NCBI RefSeq assembly: GCF_006345805.1
Contig: NC_042999.1
Span: forward strand, 97,278,001-97,342,000
Source of the DNA: Octopus sinensis
Taxonomy: Eukaryota
Length of the DNA: 64,000 nt
Reading direction: 5' to 3'
Of the stretch, positions 53,801 to 62,970 are shown piece by piece (positions within the stretch are counted from its first letter, which is position 1; the number at the start of each line of letters is the position of its first letter). The position numbers and the translations under genes were made by a program. The notes below the pieces were generated by a model, which made no database searches, was not told the DNA's origin, and saw only the letters and a program-made list of their open reading frames with translations.

Positions 53801-55512
53801 CCCACCACAAAATTTTAGGCCATGTGCCTACAGTAGAAAGGATTATCATCATCATCATCATTATTATTATTGAGGCAGTGAAGCTGGTGGAATCAGAGCG
53901 TTAGGAAAAATGTCTGGCAGCATTTGTTCCAGCTTCTTACATTCTGAGTTCAAATCCTGCCATGATCAGCTTTGCCTTTCATCCTTTAAGGGCTGCTAAA
54001 ATAAAGTACCAGTCAAGTACTGGGGTTGATGTAACTGACTAATACCCTCCTCTCCCAAATTGTTGGCCTTGTACCTAAATCAGAAATCATTATTCATCAT
54101 CAGCAGCAGCAGCAGCATTTAATATGTTTTCCATGCTGGCATGGGTTGGACAATTTGACAGGAGCTTGCAAGATGAGGAGCCAGAACAGGTTCCATAGTT
54201 TGTTTTGGCATGATTTCTACAGCTGGATGCCCTTCCCAATGCCAACCACTTTACAGAGTGTACTGGCTCAGTAAGTTCTGAGTTCAAATCATGTCAAGGT
54301 CAACTTTGCCTACATCATTTTGGGGTCACTAAAATAAAGTAGCAGTCAAGAACAGGGATCGGTATAATCAACTTGCCCCTCAAAAATCACTGGATTTGTG
54401 CCAAATTTAGAAATTATTATATTAGCATCCATTTTCCATACCAACATAGAAAGGCTGAATTCTTTCTCTCCAAATTCCCAAATGGAACAGTTATCTTTAC
54501 AGTTGTATAACTTTCTGACTAATAATCATTCAACTTGCTTCAAGTTGAAGCAAGCAAAGTAAAGTACCTCACCCAGGGACACAACACGATGGCTGCTATA
54601 AGGTTTATTAACTTAAGACCTTGTGGATGGTATTAAAGCACCTTAACACCATAGTCATTATGTTTCTCTCAAATGAATGACAGCTAGATTCAAAACTAGT
54701 TTCAGGTCAAGTGTTCTGGTGCATTTCCCAACTATGTTACCAGTTTGAAAATGGAAGCTAAAACATCTAACAAGATCACATTTATCTTGTTCTGTTTTAG
54801 GTACTACATAGTTGAAATCTTGGCAAACATCCAGCTTACTAATATGTATATCTTCTTGGTTACTTACAGGAATATTTAACATAAAATCATGAAGTGACTT
54901 GTACAAAATGTTCAGATTATAAAAAGACAGACAGCATGTTACTAGATTAATTAGTTCAACAGCAACATGTCATGGATTCAAAATATTATCTTGATTATTA
55001 AGAGAACAGGGAAACACTGGTTCCCTATGTAAACATTACAAAGACACAAAGCTAGCAGCAGAAAGAAAATTCGGCTGCAATAAATCAAGCATGTAAATAT
55101 AATCATATAAAAAACAGCACAGCTTGCATAATTTTACAGAAACTGCATATGTCAAATACAACAGAATATTTATCTATATAAATATATATAACAAGATCTC
55201 AGAGCACATGATATATATATATATATATATATAGGTGATAAATAAAAATATATGCATACATACAAACATATATGTACGTACCTACATCTACATGTATATA
55301 TACATGCATATATAAATAATTATACGTGAGTACAGGACATCACAATAAGACGTAGAAACGGAAAAAACCAAAAAACAGGAAAACGAAAAACAAGAAAACA
55401 AAAAACAATTACAGGACGAGCTACACAAGGACAAAACCCCCGTCATCAGCTGTCGCTAGTGGAGTCAGGCATGTTTCGAAGGCATAGACAGAACACTAAT
55501 CCAATAGGCCTT

Positions 55513-55555
<43 letters not shown>

Positions 55556-58500
55556 CAAGATGTGTGTCTGTCTGTATGTTTGTCATGTCATTATAACTCG
55601 AGATCCACTCAACCAATTTTAAAGAAACTTTACACATGCATTACATAGGATCCATGGAGTGTTATGGGCCAAAAACATTTTCAACTTCTTGCCTAATGCA
55701 AGCCCAGGGGCAGATAAACTGCATTTTTAAAGCATTTTTGCTGCGTTAAGCCCCGTCACTTGAAGAGTATCCAGTTGCTTTCCTTCAAATTTGCAGCAAA
55801 CATTAATCAGGCTCCTTGAATTGCTGTTGACTAAAAAAAAAAATTTCCAATGCTGACTCTGGGCCCCCACCAAAAATGCAGATTAATCAGATTTGAGTGT
55901 AGTGCATTGAGTTTTCTCTTTGTTTTAGGCCATTTTCTGGTGATAAAATATTGACACTACCTATGTAGCGTATAATATTTCAGAAAAACCTTTTGTGTTC
56001 AATTTGGCAGAGGAACATTAAAATTTTTGTCAGCGCCCTGTTGATGTTTCATGTTACCATCCCACACACCACCTGGCCATGTGCATGTGTGCACAGCTAG
56101 GTAAAGAAACAACAAACCCATTTATCCATTGCCCAGAAGTGCCCTGTTGATGTTTCATGTTTCCAATCCTGTGCAATGCAGCATGGCCCAGCAGCATGTC
56201 TACTTTCTATGTCATCCTGAACTATATAATGCGAAATGTTAATACAAAAAAACAAACTGCTATTTGAGTTTGACCGCATGACAACTTCCAGAAGCTACAC
56301 TTACCACCTGCAATTAGTACCCCCATTTAGTCAGATGTATAAATACAGGGTGTCCCAGAATTAATGATGATTTGAGTGAAATTGGATGCATTTTTTAAAA
56401 CTCACATTTAATTATGTCTATCATGTTTAATATGTGTTAAAAGTGTATAAATTTTGAATTTTGTTTATAATTTTATTTTCATTCCTGTTGGATCCTTCTT
56501 GTTTGTCCATGACAACTTTTTTTTTTCAATTTGACAGCAACCATTTAGCTGAGCTTAAATAACACATTCAGTTAGCAGTGCAGGAGCTAACTCCTGAAAT
56601 GCTTCAAAATGTATTTCACAATGCTAAGGAGAGATTTGAAGTATGCAGGCATATAGACATGTTGAAAATTTTCAATAAAAGTTTGATGTAAGATTTATAA
56701 AAATATTCGTTTTGGTAATAAACATAAAATTCTGTCATTTAAAAAAAAAAAAAAAATGCTAAATTTCATTAAAACAGATAGTTAATTCAGGAACACCCTG
56801 TATGAGGTAGCATTGTTAGTTGTGTTGCTTGAGTAAATATTAAAATCAAAGGTCTTCTTGCCATAAACATCCCATCTTTTTGTTAAGCATACTGTATCAA
56901 GGAGTATATATTATCCAAAATGTATCTCTCCTTTATAGGTGTGGCTGTGTGGTTGAGAAGCTTGCTTTCCAACCATGTCGCCTTGGGTTTAGTCCCACTG
57001 TGTGACATGTTGGGCAATTCTCTTTTGTTACAGCTCCGTGCCAACTAAAGCCTTGTGTATTATATAATTGGCATTACTGTATTGACATATAAAATAACAC
57101 ATACAACTCGCTTATTATTGTCATATAATAAACAAACAGAAGTTCGTGTATGAAACTGATCTTTTTTCTATTTCAATTATTACATGTTTTTTTCTCATAA
57201 AATATACTCATACAGGAGGAGTAAATCCATATATACATAATAACACTTTGAATGTGGCTCCTATGAAAGAGCAAAAGTAATTACCCGATCAACAAAGGGT
57301 ATTACTGCTAGTAATTTATAAATTCTAGATCAGGAATTTTAAATTTCTGAACAGAGCAATTGAAATGATACTTTTATAGTGCATCCCCTCTAATTATGAA
57401 TAAGACATTATTTAAATCATAGTTCTTTTAGAAAATGATCTTGTGTTCATATTACTCACAAGAGCAGAGTTTCCTTGTTCAGGATCAAAATATATTTCAA
57501 TCCCAAACTGTTAACAAACCACTATTAAAATTAAAATTTAAATAAATTCTGGGTCATATTTAAAAGTATTCTTTTCTACTCTAGGCACAAGACCCAAAAT
57601 TTTGGGGAAGGGGGCCAGTCGATTAGATCAACCCCAGTACACAACTGGTACTTGATTTATCGACCCCGAAAGGATGAAAGGCAAAGTCGACATTGGCAGA
57701 ATTTGAACTCAGAATGTAAAGACTGATGAAATACTGCCAAGTATTTCGCCCGGCATGCTAATGTTTCTGCCATCTCACCACCTTATTTAAAAGTATTAAT
57801 ACAAAAGCTTTGATTCCTCAGTCCAATTTCAGTCAAGTTGTGCCATCCCCCTATCATCTATATAAATAGTTACTTGCATTCAATATCCTAAACAAGAAAG
57901 GTTTCACTTAAACTTCAATCTTAAGAGTAACAACATGGGACAGACATGACTGAAACACCTTTGACCATAAGTTTACTCAATAAGGATTGACCTGGAAGTA
58001 AACAACATTTGTGCTGGATAAATAGCATGTTTTATCTCTACATCAGTTTTAGTGCACATTTAAGATTGCAACAAATAAATCTGACAATTGTAATTTCACA
58101 AGGAAAGTAATCAAAGTTGAGATATTTTCTGCCCTTTGATTTCCCAATTCTCTGTTACCACCTTGTTATATCACCCTTTAACCTGCAGCAGAGGGTTGTA
58201 ATTAAGAACAGAGTCTAGAAATATGAAAATATCTAATTTTAAAGAACCATTTCATGATGTTGATATGAAAACCAGTTAATAATTTTTTAAATTAAGAAAA
58301 CAGAAAAATAAAGGTAACTGATTAGGAAAAAATAACTTTAAAGGTATGGTACGGAAAATTTAAAAACATACGTTTGTTGGTGTTTATCAACACTGTCATC
58401 AGCAAATCCTCTATCAAATAGTTGGTTCTCTGGTGACAAAGCATCATCTGCTAAGGCATTATTGTTGGAATTGCCATTTCTGTTTACTCCATAGGGGCCT

Positions 58501-61500
58501 GTCATAAAAACCAAAGAAGAAACTTGAATTAAAAGGAGTCAGTGTATGAGGGAGAGAGATATTTTTTATATTCACTGTTCCAACCAGCATGAGTGAGAGA
58601 AGTTTGCAAAATATCTACTGCATGTCAGTCATTGAACCAAATAGTTGTGTAACCCCAGGCCAATTTTATACTCAGAAAACTCTCAATCAAAGGCCTTCAA
58701 ATGTTGACCACTTTGCCTTTTAAGTTGTACAGAGTGAGTGAAAAGTAGCACCCAGTTTCTGGGAAATCATGCCTTTCTTTGTTGTTTTGCAGGATATTAT
58801 GGACTGTTTTGAAAGTTACTAAATCTGGATCATGTATCATGTTGTTAATACTCTTTGATCCCAACCTGTAAAACAAGAATTAGGAGTCAAAAGTATCTCC
58901 CAAATGGGAAGTCATACATATTAATCCTAAAACAGGAATGGAGTGCTACTTTTGACTCATAAGAGAGAGACTACCTTATCTTATATATCCTTTCTTTGTT
59001 TAAGATGCTAGAATGTAACTGGAGGGAGATTTGATTCCACTTAATCAATCAGTTATTAAGCTTTTTATTTTATCTTTTCTTTACTCTGGTTTGTCCAGGA
59101 GGAAAGGGCTGTACTTATAGCCTTTGCAGGTTCACTTGGACAGATGAGAGGCAGCTATTTTTAACAAGTTTGGCCAAGGCAAATAGGCTTGCTTAAGGAA
59201 TACAGTACAATGGCTATAGTCATTGGAAATAAAACAAATAAAAGGGCAAGGAGAAAAGTAGTAAAGAAACATAAAGAAAATTTCAAGTGGAAGGAGTGAT
59301 AGGAAGAGAAATACAAGGAAAAGGAGAGAGAGAAATACAAGAGAAAGGAAAGGCAGAAAAAGAAAAATACAAGAGAAAGGAAAGGCAAAAGAAAAAGAGA
59401 AATACAAGCAAAAGGAAACAGAAAAAGAAAAATAATGAATAAAGAGTAAAGAAGGTGATAAAAAAAGCAATAGCTTACCTTGTAAGAGAGACTGAAGACG
59501 CTGTGACACAGCAAACAATTTATTTAATTTCTTCTTTAGTTTCAGCTGATGAGAAATATCATGGACACAGTCTTCAATCAGTTTCTCAATATCTGACAAA
59601 TACAATGCGAGTTGCTTACTGACATTGTAGCTCTCAGACAGATGCTTCAGCAGTATTACCACTTCTGAGATAGTGCAGTTAGCTGAAGTCATCATTGATT
59701 GTTGCGGGCTTTTTAAGAGTTTACTAGATATTGCAGAATCATTATTAGCAGACAGAAGTAAAGTTTTGCTCTTTCGTGGAGAAGATTGTGGAGCAGGTTG
59801 GCTGGCATTAAGATCAGTCAAATAACCTGATAAACACTCCTTACCAACACCAGACAACCGTTGTTCATTCTTATGAACAGCAAGTTCTGACTGCAAAGAG
59901 TTGATTATCTCAAGGTCTCGCTGAATCTGATCATTTAGTTCAGCCACTTGGCTCTTTAGTCTATGTACACTCTCTGTACATGCAGGTTGTTTACAATGAA
60001 AATCCAACTGAGTGTCATTAATTGTTTTAACCTGACCACCACCAGTTATCTTACAAGGAGGACAATCTTTGGAAAAGGGTGACTTTAAATATATACTTTT
60101 TTCTGAAGAATTTCGTGGAGATTTCCCAGTTTTCTCAAGAGCTTTTTTGTACCATTCAACCTCATTATTTTGCAGATTAATCACAGCATCCATTTCTTTT
60201 ATTTTATCTTTTAATTGCAAAACTTGAGTTTCTGAATCAAGCGGTTCATCCAATTCTTGGTAAGACTGACTTTTTAAAATGCTTGAGTTTCGTTCCTTCT
60301 TACTTCTTGAACGCCTATGATGTGCAGAGTTTTCTTTGTCAAAGGAAAACGAAGGGCTACTTCCAGCAATATAACCAGTTTTCATACATCGACAGTATCT
60401 TCGCTCTTCTCGGAGTTTGCGAATTTCTTTAGCCATGTGGATTATCAACTCTGGTTTAAAAGGTGGCTCTGAAGTATCATCTTGACTACTTATGGAAATT
60501 TGTTGTTTTAAAATAGAAATAGTATTGCTGGCTTTGTTTAATTCCATTTTCAAATCAACTACTTCTTTTTTAAGTTGGTTTACGTCAGGAACATGTTTGG
60601 GGTCAATTTCTCCAACATGATCTACCAGTCCTAGTTTTGTACGAAGTAGTTCATTTTCTTTATTCTTCTTATCAAGAAGTGTTTGTAAAACATCTAGTTG
60701 TAACTGGAAATGTTGCTGCTGCAGTGAGGATTTTGTTAAACTGTTGTTCTGTTGGGACAATGGCTTTTGTTCCGGATAAGATAGAGAAATGGATGGATTG
60801 CCTGAACATGACTGTTCATCTAATATAAATTGCTGAAGACTATGGCTTGTTGCTGGAGTGCTACAAGAGGTTGATCGAGTGCCAGACACCTTGAAATGTG
60901 ATTTATTACCACTTACAATAGGTTTAGGTAAACTTGCACCCAATTTTGATAGAGGTTTTGTAGTTTGACCATGCAAGTTAGCTATTTCCTCACTGCCACT
61001 ACCATAGGTTTCAGTTGGACTCACATCCTGGGCTATGGACAAAGGCATTACTGGCACACCATTACCTGTAACATAAAAGAAACAAAATATTTACAATACT
61101 TAACAATAGTTACTACAAGTGGTGCGTGTTGAAGGAAATACTAAGTAGTGGAGGCTATTCTGTGTGCTCTTTTTCTTGTATGTTTTTCTGCAGTAGTGAT
61201 GGAATGATGGCACAGTTTTGTCTGAATTAGTACATTCTATGTATTGAGTAGTTTTTTTTTTCTTTTGTACATCTCCCCCAAACACATTTGGAATACCAAT
61301 GGAGGGTGAAATAATAATACTCAATAAAGGAGTAAATGCAGTAGAGTTTATTCATTTAAGCTGATGATTCACTTAGTTACAAACATATATGTATGTATAT
61401 ATATGATTATAATACAGACAATCAAAACTAATTTTACTAGTCAATTAATCAATCAAGAAATGAATTTAATTCAAGAATGCAAGAGCTGATTTTGTATAAT

Positions 61501-62970
61501 GTTATATCAATTTATTATTTTAGAATTAGTATGTAATATTAGAGTAAATTGAGGTAAAAATTAGCCAAAGCAATAGACAATAGTTGAATAATTAAGATCG
61601 AAACAGAAAATTCCTGTATAACTTACTTGAATGGTCAAGAGACTGGCTGGATCGGTGATGAGAATCCAAGTCAGCTTTGAGTTGTCTAAACATGTTTGAG
61701 CGTAGTTTATTATTTTGGTCAATTCCTTGCTCTAACTGTTGCCTTAAATTCTGTAGAGCTAACAATTCTCTCTCAACATGGCTGTACAAAAGAAAGATTA
61801 ATGTGTGTCTATAATTAACTGCAATTTTCTTTCTTCTACATTTAACATTATTTTTACTGGTATTTATTTGCAGATGAAATATAAGTAGCAGTGTTACAAT
61901 TACCTTGGCTCTTCAAAGGCACTTTTGCGTAGAGAAACCCAGATATTTTGTTCTGTTAGTAATGAATCTCTCAATGCTTTCATTTCTTCTAGCTGCTGCT
62001 GCATTAATTCCCACATCTGCTAGGGAAGTGGTAAAATTTACAATTAATTTTATTAGACCAAACAAATATATATTGGATGCGTAACTTGTATGTAAAGTAA
62101 AGTACAAGTGGCTGGGCAGAGGAGGAAAGGATGAGATTAGATCTCAATATGTTAGGTTTCATTGTTGTTATGATGATGCAGGAAAAGGTGAATGGAAGTT
62201 TTCTACGCTTACAGGCCCCACCTGAGTATAGAACATTGAACAGTTAAACAATGATAGTGATTATAATGGTGATGCTGATATAGCTGTTTAAACTGAATTT
62301 AAATCACGTCAATCTCAGAGAGACTACAAAAGTTCAAGGGTGCAGTCCTTCCTCCTGATTGTTATCACTTCAAAACTAGAAGGAAGGAAGGATCTCCATT
62401 GGTCATGAATGACCATTAGATTGTACCTAGAAAGTTGCCCTCCAAGGCACTAATCAGAGTAGTACAGAGTACTTAGTGCTAGTTTTAAACAACATAAATT
62501 CCTGAAAATGATAGAGAACAGACAAATGTATTGGAGCAAAGGCCATGGTAGTGAGAAAGTTGAGAATATCAATTTCTAACATTGGCATAGAGTTATAAAT
62601 TTGTAGGGAAACGGACTAGTGGATCCAGTTAACTTCAATATATAACAGACACCTATTTTATTGACCCTGGAGAAATAACATTAAATAGTGATAAGTCATA
62701 TAATCCAGCAAATCACCATTTCAGCTCCTTCACACTTCATGTAAAGTCACAATAATAATAATAAGTACTAGTCTTTTTGAGTATCATAATTTATGAAAAT
62801 TAAAATGAATAATTAAGATTACTGACCTTCTGATCAGATTCTTTGACACTGCTGCGACAAGGTGAACTAGCTTCAGATGCACGATCTCTCATGTGAACAT
62901 ATTCTTTCCGCAGTTCCAGCAATGCTTGATTTTCTCGTTCAAGTTCCATCATACGTCCTCGCATCTTTTC
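17857..62970 (-). CDS. CDK5RAP2: Centrosomin / CDK5RAP2 / myomegalin (PDE4DIP) family coiled-coil protein; 3' 15 exons (1569 aa), 5'-incomplete
   Basis: 15 exons with AG/GT boundaries and matching phases (0,2,1,1,2,1,2,1,1,1,1,0,0,1), total 4710 nt. Motifs FLAELRNLRKSMERCINTNNILRRKLE, FAIGKLDDYELLRKE and LNEESRLIGNFW match my recollection of myomegalin/CDK5RAP2 C-terminal motifs (LxEIRxLRxRLEESIxxNxxLRxQLE, IGHIDDYxALR, LEEAxxLLxxFW). Probably co-orthologous to both vertebrate paralogs, so the symbol is approximate. Confidence 0.85.
18240..18455 (-). mobile_element. tRNA-derived SINE, same family as 28557-28800
   Basis: Minus strand ggaggcgcatcacttaatggttag...ggtttcaatccc...ttcttgagctaaacacttcatttcac. 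Confidence 0.75.
18717..18837 (-). CDS. CDK5RAP2: Cnn-family exon N (121 nt), first half of CM2-like region: NEVLMTEISEIQNRYLNSPEKLRTAEENGPTHVEDDLLWH
   Basis: Acceptor tttgtctgcag; donor GTATGT at 18716; phase 0-1. Confidence 0.85.
20049..20207 (-). CDS. CDK5RAP2: Cnn-family exon M (159 nt): NAEYSILRELSLL...LNEESRLIGNFWLSQLP...
   Basis: Acceptor ctttgttgcag; donor GTAAGA at 20048; phase 0-0. Confidence 0.92.
21408..21580 (-). CDS. CDK5RAP2: Cnn-family exon L (173 nt): ...DLRSLFAIGKLDDYELLRKENGEM...
   Basis: Acceptor tatttctatag; donor GTATGT at 21407; phase 1-0; family IGxxDDY motif. Confidence 0.93.
23300..23455 (-). CDS. CDK5RAP2: Cnn-family exon K (156 nt): LENDQSNNGSKDVKW...YWSFDPPGSP
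   Basis: Acceptor ttttattatcag; donor GTAATT at 23299; phase 1-1. Confidence 0.88.
24530..24726. mobile_element. Non-autonomous DNA element/MITE, same family as 31661-31890
   Basis: Shared core cagatctggcctctcacacctaccct...aaagctacaagataatg...cattacatttgaca..gcaat.tgaattctaaag. Confidence 0.65.
24893..25180 (-). CDS. CDK5RAP2: Cnn-family exon J (288 nt), low-complexity Ser/Asn-rich
   Basis: Acceptor ttttctttgcag; donor GTGAGA at 24892; phase 1-1; same frame as ORF 24828-25124. Confidence 0.9.
26431..26763 (-). CDS. CDK5RAP2: Cnn-family exon I (333 nt) with FLAELRNLRKSMERCINTNNILRRKLEELL motif
   Basis: Acceptor tctctttccag; donor GTGAGG at 26430; phase 1-1. Confidence 0.93.
27149..27261 (-). 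CDS. CDK5RAP2: Cnn-family exon H (113 nt): LELELQDLREQLSENKNLNSTLKLELDMYEQLEVKTK
   Basis: Acceptor ttaattatag; donor GTATGA at 27148; phase 2-1. Confidence 0.92.
28557..28800 (+). mobile_element. tRNA-derived SINE with (GAT)n tail
   Basis: gtggctaagtggttag (A box), gtttcgattcc (B box), core ttcttgagtaaaacacttcatttcacgttgctccagtc. Confidence 0.8.
29353..29605 (-). CDS. CDK5RAP2: Cnn-family exon G (253 nt): heptad coiled coil SPTSVAKDIAQLEEQKRQL...LKEARSQIQ
   Basis: Acceptor ctgttccaag; donor GTGAGA at 29352; phase 1-2; 83 open codons; not in the ORF track. Confidence 0.92.
31013..31198. repeat. Compound (TA)n tract
   Basis: Direct reading. Confidence 0.9.
31661..31890. mobile_element. Non-autonomous DNA element/MITE, same family as 24530-24726
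   Basis: Same shared core as the 24530 copy. Confidence 0.65.
37968..38875 (-). CDS. CDK5RAP2: Cnn-family exon F (908 nt): Ser/Asn-rich, ending in coiled coil YLMELRAQRIKLEGTVDRNERLQEKL
   Basis: Acceptor caatttgcag at 38876-38877; donor GTATGT at 37967; phase 2-1; ORF 37858-38865. Confidence 0.92.
39022..39403 (+). mobile_element. Helitron/Helentron-associated non-autonomous element (HINE/DINE-1-like)
   Basis: Starts actagcagtatcgccggcgttgctc; 3' caagtttcatcagaatcggttg...acaaacagacac...tttatatagagagagat; CpG-rich relative to flanks. Confidence 0.6.
41110..41960 (-). mobile_element. Degenerate RTE 3' fragment
   Basis: ORF 41379-41765 is similar to the antisense translation of RTE 249-518; (ATC)n plus ttaacatccacctttcatgc 3' end at about 41110. 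Confidence 0.7.
42400..42540 (-). mobile_element. 5' part of tRNA-derived SINE, family of 42769-43155
   Basis: Reverse complement of the head of the 42769 copy. Confidence 0.7.
42769..43155 (+). mobile_element. Full-length tRNA-derived SINE (abundant octopus-type family)
   Basis: ggagtggctgtgtggtaag (A box), gggttcagtccc (B box), CORE-like ccttgggcaagtgtcttc, internal (TA)n/(TG)n, tail aagtaaaagagtaaa. Confidence 0.85.
43411..43710. repeat. Exact tandem duplication of a 141-bp unit (period 159) bounded by (CA)n
   Basis: 43411-43551 is identical to 43570-43710. Confidence 0.95.
45655..45839. mobile_element. hAT-type MITE (185 bp)
   Basis: TIRs cagcgctctgcaa / ttgcagagcactg (12/13 match); 8-bp TSD ctataagc / atataagc. 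Confidence 0.75.
48069..48470 (-). mobile_element. Full-length tRNA-derived SINE, family of 42769-43155
   Basis: Collinear reverse complement; an extra 3' fragment lies at about 48003-48050. Confidence 0.8.
48478..48585. repeat. (TA)n-(GA)n compound microsatellite
   Basis: Direct reading. Confidence 0.9.
48661..49134. mobile_element. Foldback/MITE: 231-bp inverted arms with a 12-nt spacer
   Basis: Arms 48661-48891 and 48904-49134; no indels; 8 mismatches; ends in TA context. Confidence 0.9.
49218..49687 (+). mobile_element. RTE-derived 3' element: RGRPRKTWDEV coding stub, 5 tandem ~62-bp repeats, RTE 3' tail
   Basis: (g/a)gcac(g/a)taaaaagcacc at about 49265, 49325, 49392, 49454 and 49517; tail ggaagggcatccagccgtagaaac...gacgctaaatgatgat. 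Confidence 0.85.
50839..54425 (+). mobile_element. Head-to-tail array of about 10 diverged ~210-bp SINE copies with (ATT)n tails
   Basis: Copy starts near 50839, 51045, 51280, 51907, 52961, 53211, 53430, 53660, 53872 and 54270; shared core ttctgagttcaaattc..gtcgactttgcctttcatcc..ggggtc.ataaa..aagtaccag..actggggtc.atgtaat.gact. Confidence 0.85.
52121..52945 (-). mobile_element. R4/Dong-like (restriction-like endonuclease) non-LTR retrotransposon 3' fragment
   Basis: With frameshifts: NQVSSYI..MCKHYNI..WYKH..TIIWDMPIQT..VDIIIKD..CLLIDIAV..VEKLSKYKDLETEVFRM..VPVIDGAL..IQKISLLGTAHIL; 3' end runs into (AAT)n. Confidence 0.8.
55326..55514 (-). mobile_element. Solo terminal fragment related to the Penelope-like 3' end at 5790-5935, flanked by (TA)n
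   Basis: Shared ctga(t/a)ga.gggg...ttgtgt.g..gtc.tgta ... atgtcctgtac.ca followed by TA-rich tract. Confidence 0.6.
55551..56101 (-). mobile_element. Helitron/HINE-like non-autonomous element
   Basis: Minus strand starts ctagctg...; 3' aagtttctttaaaattggttgag...acaaacatacagacagac...ttttatatatat; same architecture as 39022-39403. Confidence 0.5.
56346..56800 (+). mobile_element. Tc1/mariner internally deleted element (455 bp)
   Basis: TIRs cagggtgtcccagaattaa / ttaattcaggaacaccctg (17/19); TA on both sides; internal HLAELK*HIQLAVQELTPEMLQNVFHNAKERFEVC resembles a transposase C-terminus. Confidence 0.85.
56935..57060 (+). mobile_element. 5' part of tRNA-derived SINE, family of 42769
   Basis: aggtgtggctgtgtggttgagaagc...gggtttagtcccactg. 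Confidence 0.7.
57568..57784 (-). mobile_element. Solitary copy of the SINE family that forms the 50839-54425 array
   Basis: Reverse complement taaggtggtgagatggcagaaac...gtcgactttgcctttcatcctttcggggtcgataaatcaagtaccag. Confidence 0.85.
58372..58498 (-). CDS. CDK5RAP2: Cnn-family exon E (127 nt): PYGVNRNGNSNNNALADDALSPENQLFDRGFADDSVDKHQQ
   Basis: Acceptor ttttatgacag; donor GTATGT at 58371; phase 1-2, which bridges exons D and F. Confidence 0.85.
59479..61065 (-). CDS. CDK5RAP2: Cnn-family exon D (1587 nt): Ser-rich segments alternating with coiled coils
   Basis: Acceptor ttatgttacag at 61066-61067; donor GTAAGC at 59478; phase 1-1; core of ORF 59132-61057. Confidence 0.93.
61627..61781 (-). 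CDS. CDK5RAP2: Cnn-family exon C (155 nt): HVERELLALQNLRQQLEQGIDQNNKLRSNMFRQL...
   Basis: Acceptor ttttgtacag; donor GTAAGT at 61626; phase 2-1; lies within ORF 61592-61789. Confidence 0.92.
61904..62016 (-). CDS. CDK5RAP2: Cnn-family exon B (113 nt): MWELMQQQLEEMKALRDSLLTEQNIWVSLRKSAFEEP
   Basis: Acceptor ccctagcag; donor GTAATT at 61903; phase 0-2. Confidence 0.88.
62827..62970 (-). CDS. CDK5RAP2: Cnn-family exon A (144 nt): EKMRGRMMELERENQALLELRKEYVHMRDRASEASSPCRSSVKESDQK
   Basis: Acceptor gtttctag at 62971-62972; donor GTCAGT at 62826; 48 open codons, phase 0-0; not in the ORF track. Confidence 0.9.

Noticed and set aside
54658-54906. 82-aa ORF as a cassette exon in the 19.5-kb intron
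   Set aside because: No acceptor/donor pair giving the required phase 2-2; exons E and F already join in frame.
55443-55477. Hammerhead ribozyme (CTGATGA and GAAAC; also 5791-5810)
   Set aside because: PLE ends often carry hammerheads, but here GAAAC precedes CTGANGA. I found no GUH cleavage triplet or pairable stem II in either copy. An Infernal search on a family consensus would settle it.
59161-59514. Second hydrophobic ORF (117 aa) overlapping the exon D read-through
   Set aside because: Alternate frame of the same pyrimidine minisatellite; not reachable from exon D in frame. It also shows such frames arise by chance.
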